From an uncultured Spirochaetota bacterium (lineage in GTDB: Bacteria; Spirochaetota; Brevinematia; Brevinematales; JAOACQ01), in the NCBI GenBank assembly GCA_963835575.1, contig CAWIGG010000002.1, positions 320,001 to 384,000 on the forward strand: DNA of 64,000 nt. The letters are read 5' to 3'. Positions within the stretch are counted from its first letter, which is position 1. Every line of letters begins with the position of its first letter. Under the pieces are notes generated by a model. It saw only the letters and a list, made by a program, of their open reading frames with translations, had not been told where the DNA came from and made no database searches. The translations under genes and the position numbers were made by a program. Below are positions 9,956 through 20,617 of this stretch, piece by piece.

Positions 9956-10609
9956 TCAGGAAATTTGAGCGCACCAGGCCGCCGCATTTCCGATGACCGT
10001 CTGAAAAACGGGATTTTCCGTCTGTTCTTTTCCATGGCCTAATGCTGTATAAAAGACCCTGCCCAGGCCGTAAGGCTTAACCCATGCGACTGGTCTTTCA
10101 AACCCCGCGTATTCACAGGCTATGAGTGTTTCAAACGGCGGATATGTTTCCAGTAAATAGAGCTCGTCAATCATTTCAAAATCATTTAAGCCTGATGTTA
10201 CTGGATGGGTCGGATTTTTGATTTTAAAGGTATAGATTTCTCCCATCGGAGGATGTGTTAAAAATTTTCCTCCCAGCATTCTGAGATAATCAGGATGTTC
10301 CAGAAAGCTGCAGGAGGCGCCATGAACCCCTATAAAACCCTTAGGCTTCCCGGTATCACCCCATGGATTACCGGTAACAGAGTCAATCAGCCCTTTAGCC
10401 TGCTCATTGGTCAGCGAGGCGTTTAAAGTACAGCACAGAATAATGTCGAAATCACGGATATTTTGAGGCAAAAGCATGTTTAAGTCTTCAGACAGCTCAA
10501 CTTCAAATCCTTTATTTGTAAGGAAATTATTGTAGATTGGCCCTAGAATTGAGAAGTTATGGTACCCTTCTTTATCACCGCCGATAATGAGTATTCTTAT
10601 ACGGTTCAT
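9956..10609 (-). CDS. ThuA (trehalose-utilisation-like) domain protein
   Basis: GFIGVHGA, GGKFLTHP, DELY, PVAWVKPYGLGRVFYTALGH. Confidence 0.88.
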   Translation of the reverse strand: MNRIRILIIGGDKEGYHNFSILGPIYNNFLTNKGFEVELSEDLNMLLPQNIRDFDIILCCTLNASLTNEQAKGLIDSVTGNPWGDTGKPKGFIGVHGASCSFLEHPDYLRMLGGKFLTHPPMGEIYTFKIKNPTHPVTSGLNDFEMIDELYLLETYPPFETLIACEYAGFERPVAWVKPYGLGRVFYTALGHGKEQTENPVFQTVIGNAAAWCAQIS

Positions 10610-10619
10610 TACTATACCT

Positions 10620-11339
10620 TTACCAGTTTAAAGGATTTCCCTTGTGATCTATGTATATAGGGTCATCCAGTTTCCATTGCTTTTGAATTTGGCTTATGAT
10701 ATCTTTTGCGGAATCCTCCGGGGATAATTTCGCATCTGCTCCGCCCATATTGGTTTTCATCCATCCCGGATCAATGGCCAGCACTTTTATTGAGAATTCC
10801 TTCAATCTATTCTGAAGGATTTTTGACTGCATATTGAGCGCCGTTTTGGACATGCAATATCCGAATTCGTCCTTCCGGAAAGAATCGGCGATGCTTCCAG
10901 CTTCTGAAGAAATATTGATAATTAACTTTTTATTCCCTTTTTTTAGAAAATGAAGGAAGTTCTTGATAATTAATAAAGGCCCATAGGTATTGACTGCTAT
11001 ATTTTTATTGATGATATTTAAGTCAATGTTAGCAAGATCGGGAACCGGCTGCCATTCATGCGCTGAAGGCTCAGGATGAATACCAGCGTTATTTATTATA
11101 ATATCTATTCTATCAAATTTATTTTTGAAAGCCCGGAAAGCATTTAAAATGGACTTTTCATTGGAAACATCGGCTATAAACTGAAATGCCCTGCCATAAT
11201 ATTTCTTTATTAAATCATTAAATTCAGTACTTTTTGATTTATTTAAGGCAATGACTGTTTCGCCTTTTTCCAAGTAGAAGCGGGCAAGCCAGAATCCAAG
11301 CCCTCTGCTGGCGCCGGTAATCAATATAACATCAGGCAT
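10620..11339 (-). CDS. SDR family oxidoreductase (CsgA/C-factor-like)
   Basis: TGASRGLG, NNAG, YCMSK and DPGWMKTNMGG. Confidence 0.92.
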   Translation of the reverse strand: MPDVILITGASRGLGFWLARFYLEKGETVIALNKSKSTEFNDLIKKYYGRAFQFIADVSNEKSILNAFRAFKNKFDRIDIIINNAGIHPEPSAHEWQPVPDLANIDLNIINKNIAVNTYGPLLIIKNFLHFLKKGNKKLIINISSEAGSIADSFRKDEFGYCMSKTALNMQSKILQNRLKEFSIKVLAIDPGWMKTNMGGADAKLSPEDSAKDIISQIQKQWKLDDPIYIDHKGNPLNW

Positions 11340-11433
11340 TACAAGCCCCCTGCTTAAATTAATTTGACTTTAATTCTATGATTGTTTGAAAATGATGTCA
11401 AATTAAAGCGGCAATCGAAAGTTTAGAACATTA

Positions 11434-13119
11434 TCAATATTCAAAAGCTGTCCATTCACCCGGATTTAACTGCAACGGATATTTCCGGATTCCATCAATT
11501 TCATAACCTTTTAAAGGCGTATCATTTATAATATTTTTTATCGTTCCGCTGCTTCCCGGTAATACAATCTGTATTTCTGCAGGGTGATTCAATTCAGAGT
11601 ATATAACCACGGTATTATTATCATATTGGAACAGACAGACGCCCGGTTCGGTTTCCAGCCAGACCGAATCATGATTTAATTCTTTCCTTATAACATTCCA
11701 TATTTCTTTAGGAATAAGATAGAGATCGGAATAATGGTCCGGCATATTCCATATCAGTAATTCACCATCTCCAAAAATTTGTTTTAAAAGCAATGCGCCT
11801 GTATTTTCGCCGCTGCCTCCTGCTATGACCGGCCAGATATCATTTGTCGCCCATTCAATAAATGGAAAAAGAATCGGCTGACTGCCGGTACAGTATTTCA
11901 TATATGAACAATGATGAGTGTATGCTTCAAACCGGTTCACTGAAATTTTACGGTCGTCGATCCAGAGAGAAGCCAATTTTTTTCTCTCTAAAGGATGAAT
12001 GGTTTTCCAGAACCCTGATGTTAGAATAACCCGGGAACCATTGGACAGGCTTTTTAAAATATTTTCTATAATCAGGGGATCATCCGCAGCCGATTGTGTG
12101 AGCAAAATATTCCTGGCTTCCGCCGGATATTCCGGATAAGGCTCCAGGGGAATGGAACACATTCCCAGATAATTATGCAGATAATCCTCGCCTCTGGAAT
12201 GAAATGGTTTATAGCATGCTAAACCGTTTGGATTTCCAAGTCTGCCGAGCAGAGGGTCAATTTTTTCAAGTATATGGCCGATGATTGGGACGTATACTGT
12301 GTCTTTGATCAGGTGATAACAAAAAAGCGTTATTTCTTTTGCTTTTGCTAGAAGAGTAAAAACACCCTGCGCACTGTATTGATTCGGATTATAACAGTCA
12401 AAAGTATCAAACCAGCCGCCGTTATTTTTTCCTTTGCCGGTATTATCAAGATAGCGCATCAGAAAATAGCTGAGATAACGGGGAAGATTCTGAAATGTCA
12501 TAGCCGCATCGCGCGTTTCCGTCCCTGTATAGACGGCATCGAAAATACCCGGTTCATCTTTTAAATTATAACCGGTAAATTGATAATGCTCATACCAGTT
12601 CGGGAATTTTATGACCATGGACACTTTTGGATTCTCTTCTTTTGCGGCTTTTATGACAATGTTTCTGGAAACATCAGCCAGAAGCCTTGTCCGGAACTCA
12701 TCCCAGGAAAGATCGCCTTTTGCTTTAACGCAGGAGGGGCAGCGGCAGTCTGTAAAATAGAAATCATCCAGAATGACTTCATCGAAGTGCCTGGCGGTTA
12801 ATTTTACAACTTTTTCAAGTTTTTCAAGATCTTTTTTAGAAGTGTAACAGAATAAATTCCAGCGCTTCTTTCCCGCGCTGCCTGAAGTTGTAATTCCTCC
12901 GGATACTGTAATATTGCGGCTTAAAAAGAATTTTTTTAATTTATTAAGATTGTCTTCTTTAACATATATATCTGAGCGGAATGCTTCAAGATAAACTTTA
13001 TTAACCTGCAGATGTTTTTCAAAAAACTCCCATCCCCCGGCAATATCATCGCTTTCCGCAAGATGATTTACATCGCCTACAGTAAGGTACACAGCTAATT
13101 TAAAATTCCGGTAAGCCAC
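11434..13119 (-). CDS. Uncharacterised glycoside-hydrolase-like protein
   Basis: GTG start after AAGGAGG; TIM-barrel-like N-terminus with LDDFYFTDCRCPSC and YTGTETRD; lies directly downstream of the sugar ABC genes. Confidence 0.5.
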   Translation of the reverse strand: MAYRNFKLAVYLTVGDVNHLAESDDIAGGWEFFEKHLQVNKVYLEAFRSDIYVKEDNLNKLKKFFLSRNITVSGGITTSGSAGKKRWNLFCYTSKKDLEKLEKVVKLTARHFDEVILDDFYFTDCRCPSCVKAKGDLSWDEFRTRLLADVSRNIVIKAAKEENPKVSMVIKFPNWYEHYQFTGYNLKDEPGIFDAVYTGTETRDAAMTFQNLPRYLSYFLMRYLDNTGKGKNNGGWFDTFDCYNPNQYSAQGVFTLLAKAKEITLFCYHLIKDTVYVPIIGHILEKIDPLLGRLGNPNGLACYKPFHSRGEDYLHNYLGMCSIPLEPYPEYPAEARNILLTQSAADDPLIIENILKSLSNGSRVILTSGFWKTIHPLERKKLASLWIDDRKISVNRFEAYTHHCSYMKYCTGSQPILFPFIEWATNDIWPVIAGGSGENTGALLLKQIFGDGELLIWNMPDHYSDLYLIPKEIWNVIRKELNHDSVWLETEPGVCLFQYDNNTVVIYSELNHPAEIQIVLPGSSGTIKNIINDTPLKGYEIDGIRKYPLQLNPGEWTAFEY

Positions 13120-13359
13120 AAACCCTCCTTAAAATCGTTTAAATAAAAAATTAAATAAGATGATAATGAAAGAGGAATGAAAAATCAAAAAATAAAAAAA
13201 TTAGAGCAATATTATTCCTCTTTGATGGTAACAAAGACCGATTGATCTTAATTATAAACGGCAGTTTATTTATTGAAAATATTATTAATAAAATTAATTG
13301 AAATTAAAAGCCGGCAACGATTTACAATACGCTATAGAAATACTTTTTCAATAAAGGAA

Positions 13360-14379
13360 TTATTTCTTAACTCCGCCTGAAAGCCCTTCGATAAAAAACC
13401 TCTGGAAAAGCAGGAAGAAAATAATCGGGATCAGCGAGAAAAGAAAACCGGTCGCCATGATTGCGTCATAGGGTTTATTATAATTAACGCTGTCCATAAG
13501 CTTTAAGGTTACCGGAATGGTGAATAAATTTTCATCCCGAAGCAGAATCATCGGGAACATAAAGTCATTCCAGATGGCCTGGAATTGAAAGATGGAAAGA
13601 GCGGCCAGGGCCGGCATGGAAAGAGGCAGAATAATATTCCACCAGATCTTAATATGACTCGCCCCGTCAATACGCGCGGATTCAATAAGGGAATAGGGAA
13701 GTTTTATATAAAATTGCCTCAGTAGGAATACTCCGTAGGCGGAAATACCGGCGGGTAAAATAAGACACAGTAAATTATTGGATAAGTGAAGCAGATTCAT
13801 CAGTTTATAATAAGCGGGTATCATGGTGGTGCCGGGAAGCATCATGGTTGCCATGGCAAAAAGGAACCAGAAACCCTTCATGGGAAACTTCAGGTAGGCA
13901 AAAGCATACGCGCATAGAGATGTGATCAGCAGTGTAAATAAAACCCCTCCGACGGTGACAATAAACGACATTAATAAAGAAGTACCTATATGCCATGTGG
14001 TAAAAGCCTTGATATAGTTATCAAATGAATAGCTCTTGAAAGAAGGAAACGTCAGATGCGTATTCTCTTTTACAAATTGGTCCACCGCTTCTTTAGGCGG
14101 TTCGGCATCATTGTGGCTAAGCTTATATTTATCAGTGAAGTCTACCTTATCTTTTTCAGAAGGAGCGGCGACAAACTGGAGGAATTTCGGCGGCAGATTA
14201 AACATTTCAATCATGGGACGGAACGATCCGTCCATCATCCATACAAGAGGGTAGAGAAATAACAGCGCCACCAGCGTCAGAAAGATCATCCCGACTATCG
14301 ACCAGGGTGTAACGTGAGCGCGCTTTCTTGCTCCCAATTTTAATAATTTTTTATCAACTTTCGTACTGGTACCATTCAT
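13360..14379 (-). CDS. Carbohydrate ABC transporter permease (MalG-like)
   Basis: EAA loop ESARIDGAS; WNDFMFP. Confidence 0.93.
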   Translation of the reverse strand: MNGTSTKVDKKLLKLGARKRAHVTPWSIVGMIFLTLVALLFLYPLVWMMDGSFRPMIEMFNLPPKFLQFVAAPSEKDKVDFTDKYKLSHNDAEPPKEAVDQFVKENTHLTFPSFKSYSFDNYIKAFTTWHIGTSLLMSFIVTVGGVLFTLLITSLCAYAFAYLKFPMKGFWFLFAMATMMLPGTTMIPAYYKLMNLLHLSNNLLCLILPAGISAYGVFLLRQFYIKLPYSLIESARIDGASHIKIWWNIILPLSMPALAALSIFQFQAIWNDFMFPMILLRDENLFTIPVTLKLMDSVNYNKPYDAIMATGFLFSLIPIIFFLLFQRFFIEGLSGGVKK

Positions 14380-14415
14380 TAGGATCCTCCAAATTTATCA
14401 GTGATTAAATAAAAG

Positions 14416-15372
14416 CTATTCTTCGTCGTGGCTTGAACCAAGCCCAATAGCTCTTATCTGAAACAGGCTGAACATGAAAATGATGATAAACGTCATCCAT
14501 CCGGCCGATGAAGCATAGCCCAATCTCAACTGCTGTGAAAATGCTCGGTCATAAATAAAAGCCACCATCGTTCTGAAACCGCCCGGACCATATGTACCGG
14601 CCTGGAAAATCATGAACAGATAGTTAAACATCAATAATCCGCCGACTACCGATGTCACCATAACAAATGCAAAAGCCGGGCGCATCAGAGGCAGGGTAAT
14701 CCTTGTGACAATCTGTACGGGAGTCGCGCCGTCAATTCTTGCGGCCTCATATAAGTTCGGATCGATTGTCTGGAGCTGGGAAACGAAATAAACCATATGA
14801 AAGCCTGTCCACTGCCAGAAAGAGACGAGGACAAGAAGAGGGATTGTATATGAAGAATCTGCAAGCCAGTCTATCCGTCCCTGAATGCCGACCATAGCTA
14901 AAAACCAATTGATGATGCCCTGATCCGGGTTAAAAAGCTGGCGAAAAATCCAGGCGGCGATAATGGTATTGACAAGGACCGGCACAAAAAACGCGGCCCT
15001 TAAAACGCTCTGAAATTTTTTAAACGGGAGGCTGTTGAGAATAAACGCGAGTATGAACGCGACAGGGACCTGGGTAACTAAACAGCCGATCTCGTAGTAA
15101 AATGTGTTTCTGACAGCCTTCCAGAATTCAATATCCTGAATAAGATCCGTATAATTTTTTAATCCGATGTAGACGCCGGGATTGATACCCTGGGCATCCG
15201 TCATTGACATATAAAAACCCGAAATAAAGACATATATCTGAAATATGAACACTCCGAGCAGAAAGGGCAGCATAAAGGAATAACCGCTGACATTTTCCTG
15301 GAACTTGCCGGAATGATAAAACCTTTCTTTAAAAATTGTTTTCTTTTTAGTTATTGCAGCAGCTTTGGGCAT
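14416..15372 (-). CDS. Carbohydrate ABC transporter permease (MalF-like)
   Basis: LYEAARIDGA, ITLPLMRP, GYASS. Confidence 0.93.
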   Translation of the reverse strand: MPKAAAITKKKTIFKERFYHSGKFQENVSGYSFMLPFLLGVFIFQIYVFISGFYMSMTDAQGINPGVYIGLKNYTDLIQDIEFWKAVRNTFYYEIGCLVTQVPVAFILAFILNSLPFKKFQSVLRAAFFVPVLVNTIIAAWIFRQLFNPDQGIINWFLAMVGIQGRIDWLADSSYTIPLLVLVSFWQWTGFHMVYFVSQLQTIDPNLYEAARIDGATPVQIVTRITLPLMRPAFAFVMVTSVVGGLLMFNYLFMIFQAGTYGPGGFRTMVAFIYDRAFSQQLRLGYASSAGWMTFIIIFMFSLFQIRAIGLGSSHDEE

Positions 15373-15395
15373 CGAATTCTCCTTATTTAATATCT

Positions 15396-15429
15396 AAAAA
15401 GTGGAAGGCGGTATTAGCGCCTTCCACTT
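15396..15429 (-). terminator. Stem-loop between the solute-binding and permease genes (attenuating or stabilising hairpin)
   Basis: AAGTGGAAGGCG-gtattag-CGCCTTCCACTT, followed by a T-run on the - strand. Confidence 0.7.
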
Positions 15430-15455
15430 CTTTAATAAAAATTTCTTTTTTCGGC

Positions 15456-16721
15456 TTATTTAACGAGCTTTAAAGCCATATCCTGCATTTTCTTGCAGCC
15501 GTCTTCAACAGAAATTTTTCCAGTGATGATATCGGGCCAAACAACATCGATAACATTCTTATTTACATCCCAGAAAATATCGCCGTTATTAACGGAAGGC
15601 ATAACTTTTGCCATGGAAATCTGGAGCTGACCAAGCTTTTCGCCGCCGAAGCGTGCATCAGCCTGAGCGAAGGTAGGATCAGTCCAAACAGCTGACAAAG
15701 GAGGAATCATGCCGGTAACCGGCCAGCGAACTTTAAGAATAGCATCTTTGTCATACTGCATATATTCCATAACGGATTCAATGAAAGCAGGATCAGCGGT
15801 TCCTTTCGGAATACCAAGGAATGAGCCGCCCCATGAACAGGTTAGCGGACCGCCTGCTTTGTAAGCAGGAAGAGCGCGAGCTTTCATTTTGAACACTTTG
15901 GAAGCGTCGTTAGCCTGGGAAACCCACCAGTCAGGTGAAGGATAAGAGCAGAGAGTACCTGCCTTTAATAAAGCGGCGAAGTTACCCCAATCCCACATTG
16001 TGAATACGCCTGAATCGTACCAGCCTTTGAATTTCTTGACGAAAGCAACGAATTCTTTTGAATCGAGAGTCGGTTTGCCGTTCTTATCAAGAATGTTGGC
16101 GCCGGTCTGCTGCCAGATCATGAACATGGTGTTTTCGAGACCGCCGTTATCAAAAGGAAGAGCGTAGTGAACGGGTTTGCCGTCTTTCTGTTCTTTTGCA
16201 AGCTTTTTAGCTCCGGCAAAGAATTCATCCCAAGTTTTGATTTTGGCCATATTAACACCGGCTTTTGACCAAAGAGTGTCATTATAGATCAAAACTACAG
16301 GGTGTGTGTCATGAGGAAGACCATAAAGATTTCCTCCCATTGTTTCCCAATCAACACGGCTCTTTACCACCTGCTTGATAACCTCTGTCTTCTTTGTGAA
16401 AGGATCAAGAGGGATAACAAGAGATTTTGCAGGATCTGCACTTAGAATGCGGGGATTTTCCCACATCCATTCGATAATGTCCGGAACGCCTTTACCGTCA
16501 AGCATAGCGGCCTGGAGCTTCTGAACGAAAGCGTCCTGAGCTACAAGCTGGACATTCAATGTGATACCGAATTTCTTTTCGATATCAGCCTGTCTGTTTG
16601 TCCATTCGTCTCTGTTATTAGCAGCAAAAGTCCACATGGTTACTGCTCTAGGAGCAGCGAATAAACCCTGGACACATGCAACGAGTAGAACTACTACTAA
16701 AAGGGCTGAAAACTTACGCAT
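15456..16721 (-). CDS. Sugar ABC transporter solute-binding protein
   Basis: Signal peptide; YGLPHDTHPVVLIYN and WGGSFLGIP motifs; adjacent to two permeases. Confidence 0.92.
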   Translation of the reverse strand: MRKFSALLVVVLLVACVQGLFAAPRAVTMWTFAANNRDEWTNRQADIEKKFGITLNVQLVAQDAFVQKLQAAMLDGKGVPDIIEWMWENPRILSADPAKSLVIPLDPFTKKTEVIKQVVKSRVDWETMGGNLYGLPHDTHPVVLIYNDTLWSKAGVNMAKIKTWDEFFAGAKKLAKEQKDGKPVHYALPFDNGGLENTMFMIWQQTGANILDKNGKPTLDSKEFVAFVKKFKGWYDSGVFTMWDWGNFAALLKAGTLCSYPSPDWWVSQANDASKVFKMKARALPAYKAGGPLTCSWGGSFLGIPKGTADPAFIESVMEYMQYDKDAILKVRWPVTGMIPPLSAVWTDPTFAQADARFGGEKLGQLQISMAKVMPSVNNGDIFWDVNKNVIDVVWPDIITGKISVEDGCKKMQDMALKLVK

Positions 16722-17079
16722 ATCATCCTCCTATAAAAATTTTTTACCTTTATTTATTATCAGAAAAATAATAAGCTTATTGTTTATAATAAAACAAACT
16801 GAAGAATAACCAAAATCCTAACAACTTAACAATACTTGTATTTACTATTCAATTATAATAAAAGATTCGAATTGCTCAAAGCGAATTGTATTATAATTAT
16901 ATTTTTTGTTTCTGTCAATATCATCCGCATTAAAATATTTAAAAAAATTCCTAATTTAACTTGAAAATTGATATTAATAAGAGAGATATAGGTAAACCTG
17001 TGTCTTAATGATTATTTTGAAAAAACAGGGTATTTCTGCTATAATTTTATAATTAAATGAGTTTGAAAGGTGCCGGCTT

Positions 17080-18669
17080 ATGAATTCTTTATATTTCATT
17101 TCATATATTTTATCATTTTTTACCCACAGCTATTTTGGCGTTCTCATTTTAATTATGATTATTTATCTTATCGCGGACAGAATTTTTCTCGGATTCATCA
17201 CGGATGGAATAATAAAGATAATTTTACAATCTAAAAGGATAAAGATACTGAAAAAAGAACTCGTACTCAATCCGGATAATTATGCCGATCTGATGGAATT
17301 AGGAACTATATATTATCAAAAAAAGAATTATAAAGCTGCTTTAGAAAATCTGTTAAAGGCAAAACGTAAAATTGATGATTCTGCGGAACTTTATCTGTAC
17401 ATAGGGATTTCTTATATTGAATTGAAGCAATTAGATGATGGGTATAAATACTTAATGAAAGCCGTTGGATTGAATAAGAAGGCAGGATATGGTCTTCCTT
17501 ATCTCTATCTTATAAAGTATGAATTAAGCAGCGGTATTATAAAAGAGGAGAAATTAAAGAAACTTGAAGAAGAAATGGCGAATTTTTCAAATACAGAAAA
17601 TTCATATCGCCTGGGGGTATTATTTAGAAGCAAGGGTTATAAAGGAAAAGCGAAAGAAATGTTTAAAAACGCCCTGTCAGAGTATTCATTCTGCCAGAGA
17701 AAATTGAAAAGACTTCACCGGAAATGGGCGTTTCTGGCAGGGATAACTAAATCGCCTGTCTTATCTGCTTTAATTGCCGGAGGAATTACGGCCGTACTGG
17801 CTGTTTTAATAACCTTTTTTATCCAGGCAAACGAAAAAAAGCCTATTGATTTTAATAATTTTAATCCTGATACTTTAGTAAACATCTCTTTAAGCATTAA
17901 CGCTGTTGATGATATACTGAACGCCTATAATACTTATATTGCCGTTACTCGTGATAGGAATCTTTTTTCTGAGGCTACCATTGCAGAAGCCGCTGCTGAA
18001 ATTTCAGGCTTCGGCGCGTATAAATCAAAAGAGGAATTATTAAAAAATCTACCGGAATTAAATAATCAGTTAAAACTCGGCAATATTTTCATTCAAAAAG
18101 GTAAAATGTTAAAACAGGAATTCATGAAACCGGAAATTTTGATAGAGCCGGATCGGGGCAGAATTGTGATCCTGAGCGGCGGATTTTATCTTCGGGATTT
18201 TATCAGGAACGGATTTACCGAATACCTTCAGGGAATCAATCATGCCCGTATTAGATTCGTTTTACGTTTTGAGCAGGGTGATTACAGCAGGGCGCCTGAT
18301 TTAAAAAAGAGAGGTTTTTCCTTTTCAGGCAGGATATCAGATGGAAGGCTTATTATAGAGAAAATAGGGGGAGATTTATCTCCCCGGAGTCAATTAGACC
18401 TCATTCTGAAAGGCGCAGAAGCCATTAATCAATTTACGGCGATTAAAAGTTTTCCATTTAGTTATACCTTTAAATCTGAAAGTGAAGAAAAATATTTTAT
18501 TCTTTTATATTCTGCGGTAACGCCCTATACAGTAACCGGTTCCGGAGAGAAAGATATTATATTGGAAGAAAGTATGAACAGAATTATCATTAATAATCCT
18601 GATCGCATGGATATTCTAGGGAGATTAATCGCGTATCTGCGCTATGGAATGGATTTTAGATTTAATTAA
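17080..18669 (+). CDS. Membrane-anchored TPR protein with an unknown C-terminal domain
   Basis: N-terminal TM helices, TPR motifs, internal TM segment. Confidence 0.65.
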   Translation: MNSLYFISYILSFFTHSYFGVLILIMIIYLIADRIFLGFITDGIIKIILQSKRIKILKKELVLNPDNYADLMELGTIYYQKKNYKAALENLLKAKRKIDDSAELYLYIGISYIELKQLDDGYKYLMKAVGLNKKAGYGLPYLYLIKYELSSGIIKEEKLKKLEEEMANFSNTENSYRLGVLFRSKGYKGKAKEMFKNALSEYSFCQRKLKRLHRKWAFLAGITKSPVLSALIAGGITAVLAVLITFFIQANEKKPIDFNNFNPDTLVNISLSINAVDDILNAYNTYIAVTRDRNLFSEATIAEAAAEISGFGAYKSKEELLKNLPELNNQLKLGNIFIQKGKMLKQEFMKPEILIEPDRGRIVILSGGFYLRDFIRNGFTEYLQGINHARIRFVLRFEQGDYSRAPDLKKRGFSFSGRISDGRLIIEKIGGDLSPRSQLDLILKGAEAINQFTAIKSFPFSYTFKSESEEKYFILLYSAVTPYTVTGSGEKDIILEESMNRIIINNPDRMDILGRLIAYLRYGMDFRFN

Positions 18670-18690
18670 AAAAAATGTTTCGTTTTTCTC

Positions 18691-18719
18691 TTGACATTAT
18701 TTTAAATATTTATTATTCT
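18691..18719 (+). promoter_or_regulatory. Sigma70-type promoter of the ArsR-gsh operon
   Basis: TTGACA-17 bp-TATTCT. Confidence 0.55.
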
Positions 18720-18725
18720 ATAATT

Positions 18726-19013
18726 ATGGAACAATCGAATCTACCTAAAATTTTCAAGGCTTTATCGAATGAGCAGCGTTTGAAAATATTTTTAATGCTG
18801 TATAAGCTTGGAAAAACTGACACATGCTGTGTACCTGTGGAAAAAGGCTTTACCAAGGCATGTTGTCAGATTCATGTTTCCCGGTCAACGATCTCGCATC
18901 ATTTTAAAGAACTGGAAAACGCCGGGTTGATCATCTGTGAAAGAATGGGGCAGTCCATTTCCTGCAAAGTGAATGAAGAGGCTCTTGAGCTGATCAAGGA
19001 TTTTCTGATTTGA
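18726..19013 (+). CDS. ArsR/SmtB family transcriptional regulator
   Basis: FKALSNEQRLKI and SRSTISHHFKELENAGLI; two Cys-Cys pairs. Confidence 0.9.
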   Translation: MEQSNLPKIFKALSNEQRLKIFLMLYKLGKTDTCCVPVEKGFTKACCQIHVSRSTISHHFKELENAGLIICERMGQSISCKVNEEALELIKDFLI

Positions 19014-19087
19014 TTTTTTTTGCTATAAGAGTTCGATAGTTAGGAAATAGTGCAATAGTGCAACTGTCAAATTGGTATGGAGGATTT

Positions 19088-20617
19088 ATGGCACAATGGG
19101 ATTTTGATGAAATGATGAATTTCTTTAATAAAAAAAATAACCACCTGTTTTTAATTGAAGGGAAGTGGGGATTGGAAAAAGAATCGCTCAGGGTCAATCC
19201 TGATGGGAGCTTGGCATTAACACCGCATCCTGAAGAATTCGGAAATAAAATTAAAAACCCTTTTTATACAACCGATTTCTCGGAAAGCCAGCTGGAGATT
19301 ATAACACCGCCGGCACATTCAATTGAAAAAACATACCGTCTTTTAAATAGGTTACATATTAAGGCAGAGAATTATATTAAAAATGAGCTTCTCTGGCCGT
19401 ACAGCATGCCGGGCCGGCTGCCGGAAGAAAATGAAATCCCGATCTCTAAATTCGATGATACTGAAACCGGCAGGAAAAATGGGATTTACAGGCATGGTTT
19501 GTCAATCCGCTATGGAAAGAAGATGCAGATGATATCAGGCATTCATTATAATTTTTCTTTTAAAAACAAGTTCTTTGACATTTTATATAAGAATTTTTCA
19601 AACCATATTGATAAAAATGATTTTATTCATAACTCATATTTTTCCCTCGCGAGGAATTATATGAGATACCGCTGGCTTTTGATCTATCTTTTCGGGGCAT
19701 CGCCGGCTGTTGATAAAAGTTTTGCTGAAAATAGCGATGAGTATAAAAAGATGAGCGAATATGGAGAATTCGCGACATCGATCCGGATGAGCCCGCTGGG
19801 ATATTCATCTAGAAATAAAAAAGTATTAGATATATCTTTTGACAGTCTGGACGGTTACATTGACGGATTGGAAAAAATGTTGAAAACAGAGGATCAGGAA
19901 TACAAAAAGCTCGGAATATTTCAAAACGGAAGGCAGGTCCAGCTGAATCCGAATGTTCTTCAGAAGGAAAGCGAGTTTTATTCGCCCATCCGGTTCAAAG
20001 CCAAAGCCGGAAAAGAAAGATCCCATCTGGAAGCTCTGAAGTCGGATGGGATCAGTTATATTGAAATCCGGTCAATTGACCTCGATCCATTCTGCAATCC
20101 CGGGATAAGCCTGGAACAGCTGTATTTTTTGCATGTATTCTTACTTTACTGCCTGTTTGAAAACAGCGGCTTGATTACTGAAGATGAGATGGAAAAAATC
20201 CGGGAAAACGACAGGCTTGTTTCATTATCTGGAAGAAAGTCATGCTTGATGCTGGACGGGCTTGATCATCAAAAGATACATCTGACTGAATGGGCGGGAG
20301 AGCTTTTAAACAAAATAAAGATCATTGCGGGAATACTGGACAGGAATTATGATGACTGCAGGTATCAGAAAAGCGTATTATCTCAGGAAATGAAACTGAA
20401 GGATCAAAATCTTCTTCCATCCGTGATGATCTTGAATGAACTTAATTTAAAAAATGAAACAATTATTGATTTCGGCCTGAGAAAGGCTCAAGGATATAAA
20501 GGAGAAAACAATGGAATATCTGTCAGAAAATTACAGCGGTATGGAATTATCGACCCGGATCCTTATCGGGGAAGCGCTGAAAAGAGGTGTTGCCGTGGAT
20601 GTGCTGGATTTGCATAA
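19088..20617 (+). CDS. gshA: Glutamate--cysteine ligase
   Basis: GLEKESLRV, TTDFSESQLEIIT, MQMISGIHYNFS, ESEFYSPIR, YIEIRSIDLDPF; GGAGGA RBS. Confidence 0.92.
   Translation: MAQWDFDEMMNFFNKKNNHLFLIEGKWGLEKESLRVNPDGSLALTPHPEEFGNKIKNPFYTTDFSESQLEIITPPAHSIEKTYRLLNRLHIKAENYIKNELLWPYSMPGRLPEENEIPISKFDDTETGRKNGIYRHGLSIRYGKKMQMISGIHYNFSFKNKFFDILYKNFSNHIDKNDFIHNSYFSLARNYMRYRWLLIYLFGASPAVDKSFAENSDEYKKMSEYGEFATSIRMSPLGYSSRNKKVLDISFDSLDGYIDGLEKMLKTEDQEYKKLGIFQNGRQVQLNPNVLQKESEFYSPIRFKAKAGKERSHLEALKSDGISYIEIRSIDLDPFCNPGISLEQLYFLHVFLLYCLFENSGLITEDEMEKIRENDRLVSLSGRKSCLMLDGLDHQKIHLTEWAGELLNKIKIIAGILDRNYDDCRYQKSVLSQEMKLKDQNLLPSVMILNELNLKNETIIDFGLRKAQGYKGENNGISVRKLQRYGIIDPDPYRGSAEKRCCRGCAGFA

Noticed and set aside
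20511..20617. gshA / ATP-grasp overlap as a simple sequencing frameshift of gshF
   Set aside because: The second ORF has a strong RBS and ATG at the domain boundary, and two-gene forms are known; an error cannot be fully excluded.
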